From an uncultured bacterium (GTDB taxonomy: Bacteria > Babelota > Babeliae > Babelales > Babelaceae), in contig OY970209.1 of the NCBI GenBank assembly GCA_963713855.1, positions 896,001 through 960,000 of the forward strand: a DNA stretch of 64,000 bases, written 5' to 3'. The position numbers were made by a program, and so were the translations under genes. Position 1 is the stretch's first letter. The number at the start of each line of letters is the position of its first letter. Shown here one piece after another: positions 48,477 to 59,968 of this stretch. The notes under the pieces were generated by a model. The model worked only from the letters and a program-made list of their open reading frames with translations. It searched no databases and was not told where the DNA came from.

Positions 48477-49193
48477 TTACGATACGTGGTGCTTTAACAA
48501 TTGCCAGTGCTTTTCAGCACTTTCAAGATTAAATCGTTCTTCTGCTTCACAGATTGTATAATAGAGGCCAACAAAAGGTAGGCTTTTGTTAAGCGCAGTT
48601 TCGATTTCATGAAGATGTGCTATGGTATCATCAATGGCAAGCACCTTTGAAGGAGAATAATTAATCGCTTTGAGAAAATGGAGCAGCACCTGACCTTTAC
48701 TGTGTGAGCCACAAAAAATGACACCCTTTTCGTAAGCATAAGCTAAAGAGTCTTTTCCCGTAAAAGGTGCCGCATGGGCTTTTGAGGGCTTGAATATGAC
48801 ATCAATCGCTGCAAGTTGCTCTAACGTACGCTTTGCAATGAGCGGCGAACGCGCGGTGAGCGCAAAAGTGGGAACTTGTGCACTGTGAAGCTGCTTTATA
48901 AGTTGCGGAGTTGTCTCCTCAACTGGCTTTAGTACAATATGCGGCTGTAAGCACCTAAAGTAATGAACTACCTCTCGCTCAGCGTCAGCAAATGTTTTAC
49001 CCTCTTTCATTTTTTGACTAATCATATGGTTACACCACTGTTGGCTAGTCAAACCACTTTGAGGCTCAGCTATGGTATTGTCAATATCAAAAAAGACTAT
49101 CGGTTTAGGAGAATCAATATGATTGAGAATATCTGAAATGCTCCGGCTTTCTATAATGCGCGTGTTACTTGTATCAAATAATGGTAGGGGCAT
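48477..49193 (-). CDS. DUF2608-like HAD-superfamily hydrolase
   Basis: FFDIDNTI motif I, ALTAR motif II, KG, IDD motif IV. Confidence 0.8.
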   Translation of the reverse strand: MPLPLFDTSNTRIIESRSISDILNHIDSPKPIVFFDIDNTIAEPQSGLTSQQWCNHMISQKMKEGKTFADAEREVVHYFRCLQPHIVLKPVEETTPQLIKQLHSAQVPTFALTARSPLIAKRTLEQLAAIDVIFKPSKAHAAPFTGKDSLAYAYEKGVIFCGSHSKGQVLLHFLKAINYSPSKVLAIDDTIAHLHEIETALNKSLPFVGLYYTICEAEERFNLESAEKHWQLLKHHVS

Positions 49194-49312
49194 TCATGTA
49201 TCCTTGATGAAATTTTTAAGGAGAGATTAAGCTTAGTCGAATTAACTTCAAGCTACAAGTATTAAACCCAAGATTCTCGGTAATTATTAGTGACACATGT
49301 GCTAAATATATT

Positions 49313-52300
49313 TTATAAAGTGTCTGCTAATTCTGCTGATTCATTACCGTTGAAATTCACGGCTCCGTTTGGATGGCGGTAGAGGTATTGTAAACTAAGA
49401 AACCTGTTAGGCTCGCGATGATTGTAAGAGCACCAAGACCCAAAGGGATACCTACGGTAGTTCCTACTATGAGTCCAACAGGAAGACCATTGCCATCGCC
49501 ATTTGCTTGTGAACCGAAGAGTGTGGCAACGGTGACATCGTTTGAAGCGTAATTAGCAGTTGCGATATCGATGGACGTTGTGCTTGGCGAAAAAGTTATC
49601 GCAACGCATTTAGCAGAGTTATTAGGCAAGGCATAAGAAACGCCTTCATTAAGCGATCCGTCAGCTACGCTAAAGATGGTAAAGCTATTTGAATTGCTAT
49701 TCGCTGTTGCGATATACAAACCATTTGACGCTGCAGTTATTGATTGGGGGTTAAGGCTGCCTGCAGGTAGCGGAATAGATGTGCCGCCGCTTAAAGTACC
49801 TGCTTGGTACTGAAAACCGCTAACATCATTCGAGCCACCATTAGCGGTAAACAATAACGCGCTATTAGCATTGAGTGGTATGAAAATAAGCGACTGAGGT
49901 CCTGTAGACCCTGAGGGCAACGGGGTTAAAGCGCCCGAGCTTAAGCTGCCGGCGTTAAATTTAAAAAGGGCGATATTGTTTGAATCGTAATTAGCAGTTG
50001 CAAGATAAGAGCCATCGGGTGTAAAAGCTACTGCTGAAGGATTTTGGGCACCAGCAGGCAATGGATAAACAGCGCCATTGCTCAGTATTCCCGCGTTAAA
50101 ATCGAAAAGACCGATGTTATGTGAGCCTCGATTTGTAACAGCAAGATAAAAATTGTCGGGCGAGAGCTGTAACGCAGATGGATTGCTTGAATTAGCCGGC
50201 AATATATACGAAAGAGCATTCGTCAACTGACCAGCAGTTACTTGAAATACCGTTACATCGTTTGATTTGTCATTGGCGGTGAGCACGTATGAGCTATCAG
50301 CAGAAAAGATAACCGATGTTGGAAGTGAGGGATTTATCAAATTATACGGCAATGGGTATGATTTTTTTGCTCCTAAAGTATTATTGCCTTGATTGACATC
50401 GAAGAGAGTGACGTCGCTTGAGATATAATTCGCTGTTGCTAGATATGCATTATTGGGCGAAAGTGCAACCCCGACGGGCCCGCGCGATCTTTTGATATAA
50501 GGTGGTAATGGATAGACTGTTGTAGAGCCAAGCACTCCGTTTGTCACTGTAAAAACGCAGAGATCAGATGAACCACTATCTGCAGTTATCAGGTATGAAC
50601 CATTTGGCGAAAACGCAAGTGCGGAAGGGAAGGTTGAAGCAGTAGGTAATGGAGAGGATGTTCCATTAGTCAGTACCCCTCCTGCTTGCACGTTAAATAT
50701 GGTGACACTGTTTGGATCGGAATTTGCAGAAGCTACATAAAGACTGTCGGGTGAAAAGGCTATCCTTTGTGAATTTGTTGAAAAAGAGAAAGATACTGGA
50801 TAATTCGTGCCTCCACTAAGTCCTCCTGCACCGACATTAAACATCGTTATAAAAGAATTAGAAAGGTCGGAAGTCGCAACAGCGAGATATAACCCGTTCG
50901 GGGAAAATGCTACTGAATTAGTAGAACATTGATTAGTGCATGAAGGAATAGCGTATTTTGTGCCTCCAGTGAGTGCGCCACCACTTACATTAAATAAAGT
51001 TACGCTAAAGCTAATCCCGTTTGCTGTTGCAAGATGCAATCCGTCGGCTGAAAAAGCCAATGACAGCGGAAATAGGGAGCCTGGTATAGCGTAGCTCGTT
51101 GCTCCATTAAGTTGACCGCCTTCTTCAACCCCAAATAAGGTGATATCGTTCGATTCATAATTAAGAGTGGCCAAGTACGGACTAGTAGGAGAAAAGGCTA
51201 CTGTCCCTGGATAGGTTGAACCAGAAGGAAGTGAATAAGAAATTCCATTGTTCAGTACATTTGTGCCCATGTTGAGACCAAATATAGTTATACTATTTGC
51301 AAGGCCGTTAGCAGTAGCGAGATATGTGCTATTTGAGGAAAAAGCTACAGCGAAGGGCTCCACAAAATTAGAAAGAACTTCATAGGAAGTTTGGCCATTG
51401 AGTAGACCACCCGTTCCTACGTTAAAAACAGTAACATTATTTGCGTTCGTGTCAGTAGCAGCAAGATATAATCCATTTGGAGAAAATGCAACCGAGCTTC
51501 CCCCGGGTGGGTAAGAAGCACCATTCATGAGTACTCCGCCTGTTTCTACGTTAAAAACTGTTGTATAGCGCGAGCTTGCAATAGCTAAATATGCGCCGGA
51601 TGGCGAAAACGCTAGTTGTAACGGGTTGATAGTGTTAAAAGGAAGGGGGTAAGAAGTACCGGCATTGAGTGTTCCGCCAGCTTCTATACTAAATATGGTA
51701 ATATCTGACGAAGTATAATTGGCGCTTGCTAAATATGAGCCATCTGGTGAAAATGCAACTGAGTAACAGGTTGAAGACCCTGCTGGTAATGCGTAAGGCG
51801 TACCATTACTTAATGCTCCTGCTGTTTCTACGTTATAGAGAACTACGGAATTAGCGCTGGCTACAGCAAGAGAATAACCATTTGGTGAAAATGCCACTGA
51901 AGTAGGTGTAATAAATCCCGAAGGTAGTGCATACGAAGTACCGTTACTAAGAGCGCCTTCAGCTACGCTAAATATGGTTATGTCAGACGATCCATTGGCC
52001 AAAGCAAGGTACAATCCATTTGGTGAAAATGCTAAAGCAAAGGTATCGGAAGAGCCTGGCGGTAGAGAATAAGATGTTCTTGTTGTCAAAGTTCCGTCAG
52101 TTAACGCATCAAAAATGGTCACGTAATTAGGATATCCACTAACTGCAAGATATGAGCCATCCGGCGAATAGGCAAGAACATAGCAGATTCCTGTATACTG
52201 TGGCCCAGTCGGCGGGGGTAGAGCGTAAGAAGCATTAAAGGTCAATGCACCTGTTACTCCCACGCTAAATATTGTTATGTCATTTGTATTTTCGTTAGCC

Positions 52301-52599
52301 GTAGCAAAATATGCACCATTAGGCGAAAATACTCCTGCGCACGGCATAGTCTGTCCCAGAGGGAGTAAAGAGGAAGAACCGTTGTATAGGCTTCCGTTTC
52401 CTGACACACTAAACACCGAGACGTCATTTGCATTTGCCGAAGCCACATAGGCACCATTTGGAGAGATAGCTAGTGATCGAGGCCACATTGAAGCACCAGG
52501 CAATGAATAGCTTACTTCAGTGATTGCTTTTATTTGTACACAGAAAAGAAAGACGAGACTTAGAAGTGTGTTTCTTGCAATACGCCATTCAAATAACAT
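49313..52599 (-). CDS. Membrane-anchored 21-blade beta-propeller surface protein, paralogue of 472-3822; one base missing at 49388-49389 alters the tail (track ORF ends 49357)
   Basis: 21 repeats colinear with 472-3822; restoring one A gives the tail YKYLYRHPNGAVNFNGNESAELADTL* ending at 49313. Confidence 0.85.
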
Positions 52600-52932
52600 C
52601 GATTTCCTTAGAAATTGTTGCCAGCTGTTCGGAAGATAACTTCTACGTAGGTCTTAGCAAGATTGCTTTTATTTGTAAAACTATACAGTGCGTGCTCGTG
52701 CATATTAACACAGGTCTTATCCATGTCAAGCTTTATTCCCTCAGTTGGCCATTGGATATTAACGTAAATATAAGCACCAGTAAAAATCATGCGATTAACG
52801 CCTTCGGCAGCTTGTTTCAATCCAAGTATTAGAGTCGTACATAAAAGTGTCGGCGGACGAAAACACGAGGTATTAAGAAACCGAGTAGATGCCTATTACC
52901 AAGAACCTAAGAAAGTGTCCGAAGCGGCTGTC

Positions 52933-53748
52933 TCAAGTTGATTCAGCTAGTGGAACTATCTCAATGTTGCCGTTGGTCACGTCAATCGTAATAGGGGCGC
53001 CTTTTGCTGAACCAAATGTTCCTTGTGCTTCACGCGCCATGAGCCTTCTTGATTGGGAAGTAAGCACTGTTGTTCGTGGCTCGAGTGTTACAGGAATAAG
53101 GCTTGTCAGGTTGCCTCTTAGAGTACGTGCATTTAATGAGCCTTGTACTTTTTTAGGCAATGTTAGTTTTACATTGCCTTTTCCTACTTCGATAAAAAGA
53201 TGGGCTGATGCTGGTAACTTCGTTTGCTCTATTATGACAGATCCTCTACTGGCTCGTGCATGAACCTGTTTTCGTGCCTCTTGTATGGTAATTGTTCCAG
53301 TCTGGGACGTAATCTCTAAAGGACAATCAAGCGCTTTTACGGTGATTGGTCCCTGTGCGCTTGAAACGAGGATCTTTGTTACCTGTGGTGGAACGCTTAT
53401 TTCATAATGCACGGTAACCCAAGACCCTGAATCCTTGTTAACCGTCTTGACGGTAACTTGTGTTCCTTCCAACTTACTCTCCACTGTTGTCTGGGGAAGT
53501 TCTTCAGGGATTCCTATTTTAGTCGCTGAAATGAGTAGTTTGTCTCGCTTTGTTGGTATGAGCTTTATCGAACCCGTTTGCGCTTCGATTTTGAGTGTCG
53601 TTTGCGGTAAAAGTGTATAATTTTGATCGACTAGTTCCTGCTCTTTAAAAGGTGGCCAAAGCTTTTTTATTGATGACCAGGCGCCATGAAGAGAAAGTGG
53701 CTGCGTAAGAAGTAGGAACGTACAAATAAAAATGTGTTGTTTTAGCAT
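52933..53748 (-). CDS. DUF4097-like (putative adhesin) beta-strand repeat protein
   Basis: Signal peptide from ATG 53748; repeats TGSIKL, QGPITV, TGTITI, RGSVII, KGNVKL, NGNIEI. Confidence 0.7.
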   Translation of the reverse strand: MLKQHIFICTFLLLTQPLSLHGAWSSIKKLWPPFKEQELVDQNYTLLPQTTLKIEAQTGSIKLIPTKRDKLLISATKIGIPEELPQTTVESKLEGTQVTVKTVNKDSGSWVTVHYEISVPPQVTKILVSSAQGPITVKALDCPLEITSQTGTITIQEARKQVHARASRGSVIIEQTKLPASAHLFIEVGKGNVKLTLPKKVQGSLNARTLRGNLTSLIPVTLEPRTTVLTSQSRRLMAREAQGTFGSAKGAPITIDVTNGNIEIVPLAEST

Positions 53749-54008
53749 GATTCCCCCTTTTTTTGGTTCGCTTACTCGAAGTATAGCACAAATACTCGGG
53801 CCTTCGAGTAGAATATCTTTAATATCTTGTATTATACACCGTAAAAAGAGCAAAATGTTTCACATTTTTATTACGACTGTATTTGTTTGATGTTCTAGTG
53901 TTGCACATATTTTTTATGGTAAATGTCTGCTCAAATATTTCGCGTATCCACATTGATCAAAAATGCAAAGTACGCTATAGTATAAGGGCTTCTTGAAGAT
54001 GAAAGGAA

Positions 54009-54413
54009 ATGAGCATGTTTAAAAAAGTAACGTTTGCACTGCTGTGCTGTTTTATGGTTGTATCGGCTAATACGCTCAAAGGTTATGATGAGGAAGAAGG
54101 CGTAGTTGGAGAGTTAGGAGATTTTCTTAGTGATTTTTGGCGCAACTTGAAGAAAGATGCACGTGACGTCTTTGGTTATGGAAAAGAAAAATTTAAAGAT
54201 GGAAGCAAAGTGCTTCTTGGGCGACGCCGACATAATACTCTTGCTGACTATATTGAGTACCTAAAGGACCAGGCTAAAAAAGCAGGAACATCCGTAGCTG
54301 ATTTCGTACAAAAAAACCTAAAAGAACTTAAAAAAGAATTGAATGACGAAGAATATGATGAAGTCATTCAAACCTGCTCCAAACCTGAAAAATCTGAAAA
54401 TGATGAATTATAA
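54009..54413 (+). CDS. Secreted hypothetical protein
   Basis: AAGGA RBS, signal peptide. Confidence 0.7.
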   Translation: MSMFKKVTFALLCCFMVVSANTLKGYDEEEGVVGELGDFLSDFWRNLKKDARDVFGYGKEKFKDGSKVLLGRRRHNTLADYIEYLKDQAKKAGTSVADFVQKNLKELKKELNDEEYDEVIQTCSKPEKSENDEL

Positions 54414-54422
54414 GGCAAGCTG

Positions 54423-55838
54423 TTGCAAACTTTTACTGCGGATTTTTTAAAAGAGACTCTTTTTCCCCACGCAGACGAACGTAAAAAAATTGACCACGTG
54501 CTCAACGATGTCACAAAAGCGCATGGTCGAATCTACGTAGTTGGCGGTGCCGTCCGGGATCTTTTTATCGGTAGGACGACGAAAGATGTTGACCTTGAAG
54601 TTCATGGCTTGCCGCTAGAAGCACTCGAAAATATCTTGCGATCTTTCGGCGTTGTAAATACGATTGGAAAGTTCTTCGGTGTGTTGCGATGGGAGTACAG
54701 TCGGATAGAATGGGCAGTCCCACGGAAAGATGAGTCTGGTAGAAAACCGAATGTCACGCTTAATCCAACACTTGATATCACTACTGCACTAAAGCGGCGG
54801 GATCTAACCGTGAATGCAATGGCTCTGGACCTTGCTACGGGGGAATTTATAGATCCTTTTGGCGGGTATAAAGATCTTAAAGAGAAAACAGCTCGAACAC
54901 CCGATGCTTACTTTTTCACGCAAGACCCGCTACGGTTTTACCGTGTTATGCAATTTATCGCCCGTTTTAACTTAACTCCCGATGACGAACTTAATCGCGT
55001 CTGCGCTACTATGTCGATTAAGGATATTTCTCAGGAGCGAATTGAGGCCGAGTTTGATAAATTATTTCTTCTTTCAGATGAACCTTCGCGTGGTATTCGG
55101 TGGATAGAGTCTTTGGGTCGGTTATCCGAAGTGTTGCCTGAGCTTGGGGCAACCGTAGGCATTTTGCAAGAAAAGTCGTGGCATCCTGAGGGCGATGTAT
55201 TTGAGCACACAATGCAAGTAATAGATGCTGCTGCTACGTACCTTCTTCCTGACGATTTTCAAAAAGTCACACTGCTTTCTGCAGCATTATGCCATGACCT
55301 TGGAAAGGCTGTCTCAACACGCGTTTTGGATGGCCGAATACGAAGCATAGGTCATGAAATAACTGGTGTTCCTTTGGCAAAGTCCCTTTTAAAGCGCATT
55401 ACGGGTAACAAAAAGCGAATAGCAGTTGTAACAAAACTTGTGCGGTATCACATGGACCCTGGTTCATTTATAAAAGGTAATGCTTCTTTGGCGGCTTATA
55501 AGCGGCTTTCTATAAAACTCTTTCCAGAAACAAATTGCGCATTTCTTGCTCTTTTGGCTCAATCAGATCGGCGCGGACGAAATCCATTACGCGGCGTGCC
55601 ACTAGAAGATCAAGCTTCAGAAATCACACAATTTGAAGAAATGGCATCAAAAGCAGGTGTTTTGTTTGCCCCCGTGCCACCTATTTTACAGGGTGCAGAC
55701 CTTATGAATTTCATAGAGCCTGGTCCGTCTTTAGGTGCTGCACTTAAAAAAGCCTATGAGCTACAAATTAATGAAGATATCGAAGATAAAGAAGTTCTCA
55801 AGAAGAGAATTTTGAAAGAACTCCGCATCAAAACGTAA
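54423..55838 (+). CDS. cca: CCA tRNA nucleotidyltransferase (class II) with HD domain
   Basis: VGGAVRD, DVD, RRDLTVNA, DPLRFYR, ERI, HPEGDVFEHT, HDLGK. Confidence 0.9.
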   Translation: MQTFTADFLKETLFPHADERKKIDHVLNDVTKAHGRIYVVGGAVRDLFIGRTTKDVDLEVHGLPLEALENILRSFGVVNTIGKFFGVLRWEYSRIEWAVPRKDESGRKPNVTLNPTLDITTALKRRDLTVNAMALDLATGEFIDPFGGYKDLKEKTARTPDAYFFTQDPLRFYRVMQFIARFNLTPDDELNRVCATMSIKDISQERIEAEFDKLFLLSDEPSRGIRWIESLGRLSEVLPELGATVGILQEKSWHPEGDVFEHTMQVIDAAATYLLPDDFQKVTLLSAALCHDLGKAVSTRVLDGRIRSIGHEITGVPLAKSLLKRITGNKKRIAVVTKLVRYHMDPGSFIKGNASLAAYKRLSIKLFPETNCAFLALLAQSDRRGRNPLRGVPLEDQASEITQFEEMASKAGVLFAPVPPILQGADLMNFIEPGPSLGAALKKAYELQINEDIEDKEVLKKRILKELRIKT

Positions 55839-55921
55839 CTCCTTATCAATAGATTGGCAGCCGAGTTATGACAAGTGGTAAAACTCAAGCTGCCTTAACG
55901 GTATAAGTCACTCTCAATGTC

Positions 55922-56854
55922 TTATTGCGGTGCTCTCGATTGTCTTGCAGCGTAAACTTTTTCTAAAGCTCTTTGAAAGCGAGTAAGTTTTTCTTGCATA
56001 GTTTCCAAGTTTACAATCTGATCCCTCAGAGCGTTATAAAAGCCTCGGGATCTAGAAACTCGATTAATAACCTGAAGAGCGGTTTTCAATCTTGTTAATG
56101 CGACATCGAAGGCCGTTCTCGCACTATCTAAAAGATCAAGCGGTAGTTGGGCTAAACGTGATTCACTTAAAGCCGAAATTATGTTGGAGAATGCTCCAAC
56201 GATCGCTCCTGCTTTTGATGCTTCCGTTTGGACACTTTCTTGGGCCGCTGTCGCCGTAATTTCCGCGGGGTTAGAAACTTTTTCAACCGCCTGCTCCGAC
56301 CCAACGAGCATATCAGCCATTGCCTGCGCCGTTTTACTTGTAAGAAGACCTATATCTTCATCTCTTCCATTAGTAATTATAGCGTCCGTAACAGCCTTTA
56401 AGCGTGCCTCATCCATACTTCCTATAACCGTTGGCGTAATTGTTTCAACAAACTCTGAAGGGTGTTCTTCGGCAAAAATTCTTAAATCCCGGGTCATGAC
56501 GGAAACATCTCTTTTGCCTGTTCTTAAATAAAGAGCCAATGGACTATCAACCGGTATAGTTGGAGGAGTAGTTGCTTCTGCAGCCCCTTCTGGTAAGGTC
56601 ACTACTGGACCTTCAGTAGACGGCTGCTCCTCTGATGGCAAACCCGTTGATTCAGGTGTCTCGGGTTGAGCTTCAGTTGGCGGTGTTGTAGGACCCGTAA
56701 CCTCTGGACCTCTCTCGCGCCCTCCTGCAGGTTCTCCCGTTTCTTCAGGATTGAGAAATTCGCCTTCTGGAGCGTACGCCAGAGGACTTAGTAGAAAAAG
56801 CATACATGCGAATAATCTATAGCTTACCCTTATCATCTTTAAACCTTTCTTCAA
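55922..56854 (-). CDS. Secreted hypothetical protein with Pro/Glu/Thr-rich N-terminal region
   Basis: Signal peptide ending AYA; low-complexity linker, helical C-terminus. Confidence 0.7.
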   Translation of the reverse strand: MKKGLKMIRVSYRLFACMLFLLSPLAYAPEGEFLNPEETGEPAGGRERGPEVTGPTTPPTEAQPETPESTGLPSEEQPSTEGPVVTLPEGAAEATTPPTIPVDSPLALYLRTGKRDVSVMTRDLRIFAEEHPSEFVETITPTVIGSMDEARLKAVTDAIITNGRDEDIGLLTSKTAQAMADMLVGSEQAVEKVSNPAEITATAAQESVQTEASKAGAIVGAFSNIISALSESRLAQLPLDLLDSARTAFDVALTRLKTALQVINRVSRSRGFYNALRDQIVNLETMQEKLTRFQRALEKVYAARQSRAPQ

Positions 56855-57035
56855 TAATCAATTAGTAGTATATATGTATATTACTAATATTTAATTAAAT
56901 AATTCAATAAAAAGCTGAATTGTCACAAAATGAATATAAAAACCTTAAGGGGTTTGCGTCAAAGTGGCAAGGTAGCGGATACTACACAAGAAGCGGCTCC
57001 TAGAAAAACTTCTAGGAGCCGAAAAAGTGAATGAT

Positions 57036-57701
57036 TTAATTTTCCAATGTAGATACTGCACCGTTATCGATGAGCAATTTTTTAATACTTGCAAGCCCTG
57101 GATGTATTCGTAGCAGGTCCAATGGAGTTTGACCAAGGCTGTCGCAAGCATTAACATCAGCCTTGAGCGAAACGAGGAGAAAAACGAGAGAATATATTTC
57201 TTCTACGTTTTCTAGTAAATCATTTTCTTCCAGTGATCTAGTCATTCCTAAAACCGTGTGTAGAGGAGTATAACCGGCAATAAACTCTTTTGAGTTTATA
57301 TCCAATTTGTGCTCTACAAGCCATTTTATGCTAGTTTTGTTTCCGCTTGCCGTGGCAAGATGGAGAAGAGTAATGCCATCGCTGTCAATCGCGTTGATAT
57401 CTGCCCCGTTCTTATAATAGAGATCAAGGATTTCCGTTCCTGCATGTAAAGCAGCGTGATGGATTGGTTTAAAGCCTTCTTCGTCGGTTTCATGCAAAAA
57501 TGCACCGCTTTTAAGTGCTTCTTTTGCGAGCACGATATTGTCTTCTACTGCAGCTTTTGAAAAGGGGTTATTGGGTGTAACGTTTTCGATTGATTCTTTG
57601 CCGAATGATAGGGATAATAAGTTATTGGTTCTTTTGCAAGATGAATTACTTATTAATGCTAAGAAGGTTACTAGTGTACCAAGTTTTAAAGCAGTTTTCA
57701 T
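57036..57701 (-). CDS. Ankyrin-repeat protein, possible lipoprotein
   Basis: GFKPIHHAA, GITLLHLAT, GYTPLH, GQTPLD; signal with NSSC. Confidence 0.88.
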   Translation of the reverse strand: MKTALKLGTLVTFLALISNSSCKRTNNLLSLSFGKESIENVTPNNPFSKAAVEDNIVLAKEALKSGAFLHETDEEGFKPIHHAALHAGTEILDLYYKNGADINAIDSDGITLLHLATASGNKTSIKWLVEHKLDINSKEFIAGYTPLHTVLGMTRSLEENDLLENVEEIYSLVFLLVSLKADVNACDSLGQTPLDLLRIHPGLASIKKLLIDNGAVSTLEN

Positions 57702-57909
57702 GACGTATTCCTCATTTTATTTTGGTTACTGAATCATGATGTGACATTATTTGATACTATATGTCACTTTCCAGATTAATCGAATTTCACATTTTGTACA
57801 GTTTTGCTGGATTTGATGCTTGCCTCTTTTTTTGATATTGGCGTTTTTATACTTTGCTTTAGAGTCTAAAATAAGGTATCATGTACACACATTTTATTTA
57901 AGGTGGCTT

Positions 57910-58626
57910 ATGTTACTAGCTTTAAAGCACACGGTACTTTTTAAGCTTCTTTCACACGCTGATGGATTAAGTCAGTGTTTATTTTGGGGATTGATTGCAC
58001 TCTCAATAGCGTGCTGGTCAGTCTGGTTTTACAAATTTTTTACCGTGCGTAGAACAATTAAACATGTACAACACATACTTGTAGCTCTTGAACATGCTAC
58101 AACGCTTGAAGAGCTTGTAAGCTTTGCAACAACGGTGCACAAAACTGTTCCCGGAAGACTTATTACTGCTGGGTTTGGGGGTCTTAGAAGGTCGTCAAAA
58201 TTGGGATTATTGCATGATGAGCATGAACTCATTTCCTCCTCTCTTGAACACGCTGTTAATACACTCGTTGAAGAACAGGAAAGTTATCTAGGCCTTCTTC
58301 GTTTGGGTAGCGAAACGGGACCGCTTATAGGGCTTTTTGGAACTGTATGGGGACTAATACATGCCTTTAATCGCATTAGCGAAAAACAGACCGCTGATAT
58401 ACCGACGGTAGCACCTGGTATCGCTGAAGCGCTTGTTATTACGCTTATTGGTCTTTTTGTTGCTATACCAGCTCTTGTTATGTATTCTACACTTTCGCAT
58501 CAATTGAACATTCTTGAGAAGAAATTGTGGGCGCTTTCTGACAAAGTGCTTACGTTATTTAGTGTAAAAGTCACGCAGGCTACGAATATTGCATATGAAA
58601 CAACGGCGCCTCAATCTGAAGCGTAG
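57910..58626 (+). CDS. tolQ: TolQ/ExbB/MotA proton channel protein
   Basis: GPLIGLFGTVWGLIHAF, VAPGIAEALVITLIGLFVAIPA. Confidence 0.88.
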   Translation: MLLALKHTVLFKLLSHADGLSQCLFWGLIALSIACWSVWFYKFFTVRRTIKHVQHILVALEHATTLEELVSFATTVHKTVPGRLITAGFGGLRRSSKLGLLHDEHELISSSLEHAVNTLVEEQESYLGLLRLGSETGPLIGLFGTVWGLIHAFNRISEKQTADIPTVAPGIAEALVITLIGLFVAIPALVMYSTLSHQLNILEKKLWALSDKVLTLFSVKVTQATNIAYETTAPQSEA

Positions 58627-58978
58627 AGAGCTTCCTACAATAACTCTTACTCCGTTAATAGACACGGTTCTCGTGCTACTCATAATTTTTATGGTTACAA
58701 GCCCTACAAAGGCACCTATCGAAGTTGCTAAAGCGGAGCTAAAACCGGATACTTCTATAAAAGCGGTTGTTGTAATAATTGATGCTCAAGGAAGGATAAG
58801 CATCGATGGCAGTTTTGTCAAAGACACCGAGTTTTTAAAGCAGCTCGAAAAGCGCTTAAAAGGATTACCTTTCAAAGTCGTTCGACTTCACGCACAGCAA
58901 GGTGCATCTGGTGCGCTTGTGCACAAAGTACTTGATACAGCAAGAGGTATACATGGTGTTAAGCTTGCCTTTTGGTAA
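58595..58978 (+). CDS. tolR: TolR/ExbD
   Basis: LTPLIDTVLVLLIIFMVTSP. Confidence 0.88.
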   Translation: MKQRRLNLKRRELPTITLTPLIDTVLVLLIIFMVTSPTKAPIEVAKAELKPDTSIKAVVVIIDAQGRISIDGSFVKDTEFLKQLEKRLKGLPFKVVRLHAQQGASGALVHKVLDTARGIHGVKLAFW

Positions 58979-59876
58979 AAAACTTGAAGTGCCGGGTACT
59001 GTCATAGCTTTTCTATGCTCGCTTGCATTACATCTTCTGCTTGTTATAGCTCTTTTGTGGTCGCCATTTCGTTCTTCAACTTTTAAGCTTACTGGATTTT
59101 ATGGTCAACAAATCAAAAACAACAAATCGGTAAGTAGTTCCGTTAAAGTTGATAACCGTATTCCCAAGGAACTTCTTGAAGCACTTAAAACTGAAGTGGT
59201 TGTGAAGACGCCGATAAAAAAGACCGAAGTGCCAAAGCCGAACATTGCTCATGAGACCGCCTTACTTTTAAAAAAGGCCGAGGCTTTAAAAGCTATAAAA
59301 GCCAAAAAAGCGCAAAAAATAAACGAAAAGACGAAAGTCCTGAAAGCTGAAGCTCCTGCAGTAGAAAAGCCTTTGCAGCAGGCAGTTTCTGCAGAGTTAA
59401 AAGAAGAAAAGGTTGCAAAGGTTATTGAAACTGCTGTGGTAAAACCCGTTGAAAATAAAGTTATCGCAATGAAAGATAAAGAAGCTACGATTGAGAAAAA
59501 GAAGGAGAGCTCAGTACTTTCAAAAACACAGGAACAGATCCAGGAGCTTTTTAGTGAGCAGGGACACTTTAGTATCGAAGTTAGTGGTCAAGTAAAACCT
59601 GTCGAAAGCCCTGATAATGAAATGCAAGCTCTCAAGTTTGCTCAAGAGGTAAATCGCCTTATAAATGAACAGTGGGACCCTATGGCAGGATGGGAAGATG
59701 CAGGCCCCGTCGTTATTAAAGTATCTTTACAAAAAGCGGTCGATGTGTATCGTGAGCCAGAACTAGTACTTGAGTCAAAATCGATTGCTAAAAATCAGCA
59801 TGCCCTTAATATAGTCCGTGCCTTGGTGCGATCGGGTGCTATGCATGGGTGTGTTTTTAATTTAACGTTTAAATAA
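58953..59876 (+). CDS. TolA/TonB-like energy transducer
   Basis: N-terminal TM with SLALH motif, Lys/Glu/Ala-rich stalk, C-terminal domain; follows tolQR. Confidence 0.65.
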   Translation: MVLSLPFGKKLEVPGTVIAFLCSLALHLLLVIALLWSPFRSSTFKLTGFYGQQIKNNKSVSSSVKVDNRIPKELLEALKTEVVVKTPIKKTEVPKPNIAHETALLLKKAEALKAIKAKKAQKINEKTKVLKAEAPAVEKPLQQAVSAELKEEKVAKVIETAVVKPVENKVIAMKDKEATIEKKKESSVLSKTQEQIQELFSEQGHFSIEVSGQVKPVESPDNEMQALKFAQEVNRLINEQWDPMAGWEDAGPVVIKVSLQKAVDVYREPELVLESKSIAKNQHALNIVRALVRSGAMHGCVFNLTFK

Positions 59877-59968
59877 TAGCAGTCGCATGTTGTGGGCTTA
59901 AAATAATGAAGGGATAGTAGCGCAGAGCCGGCATTTCAGCCAGCTCTGATTGTCTAATGGAAAGTATC

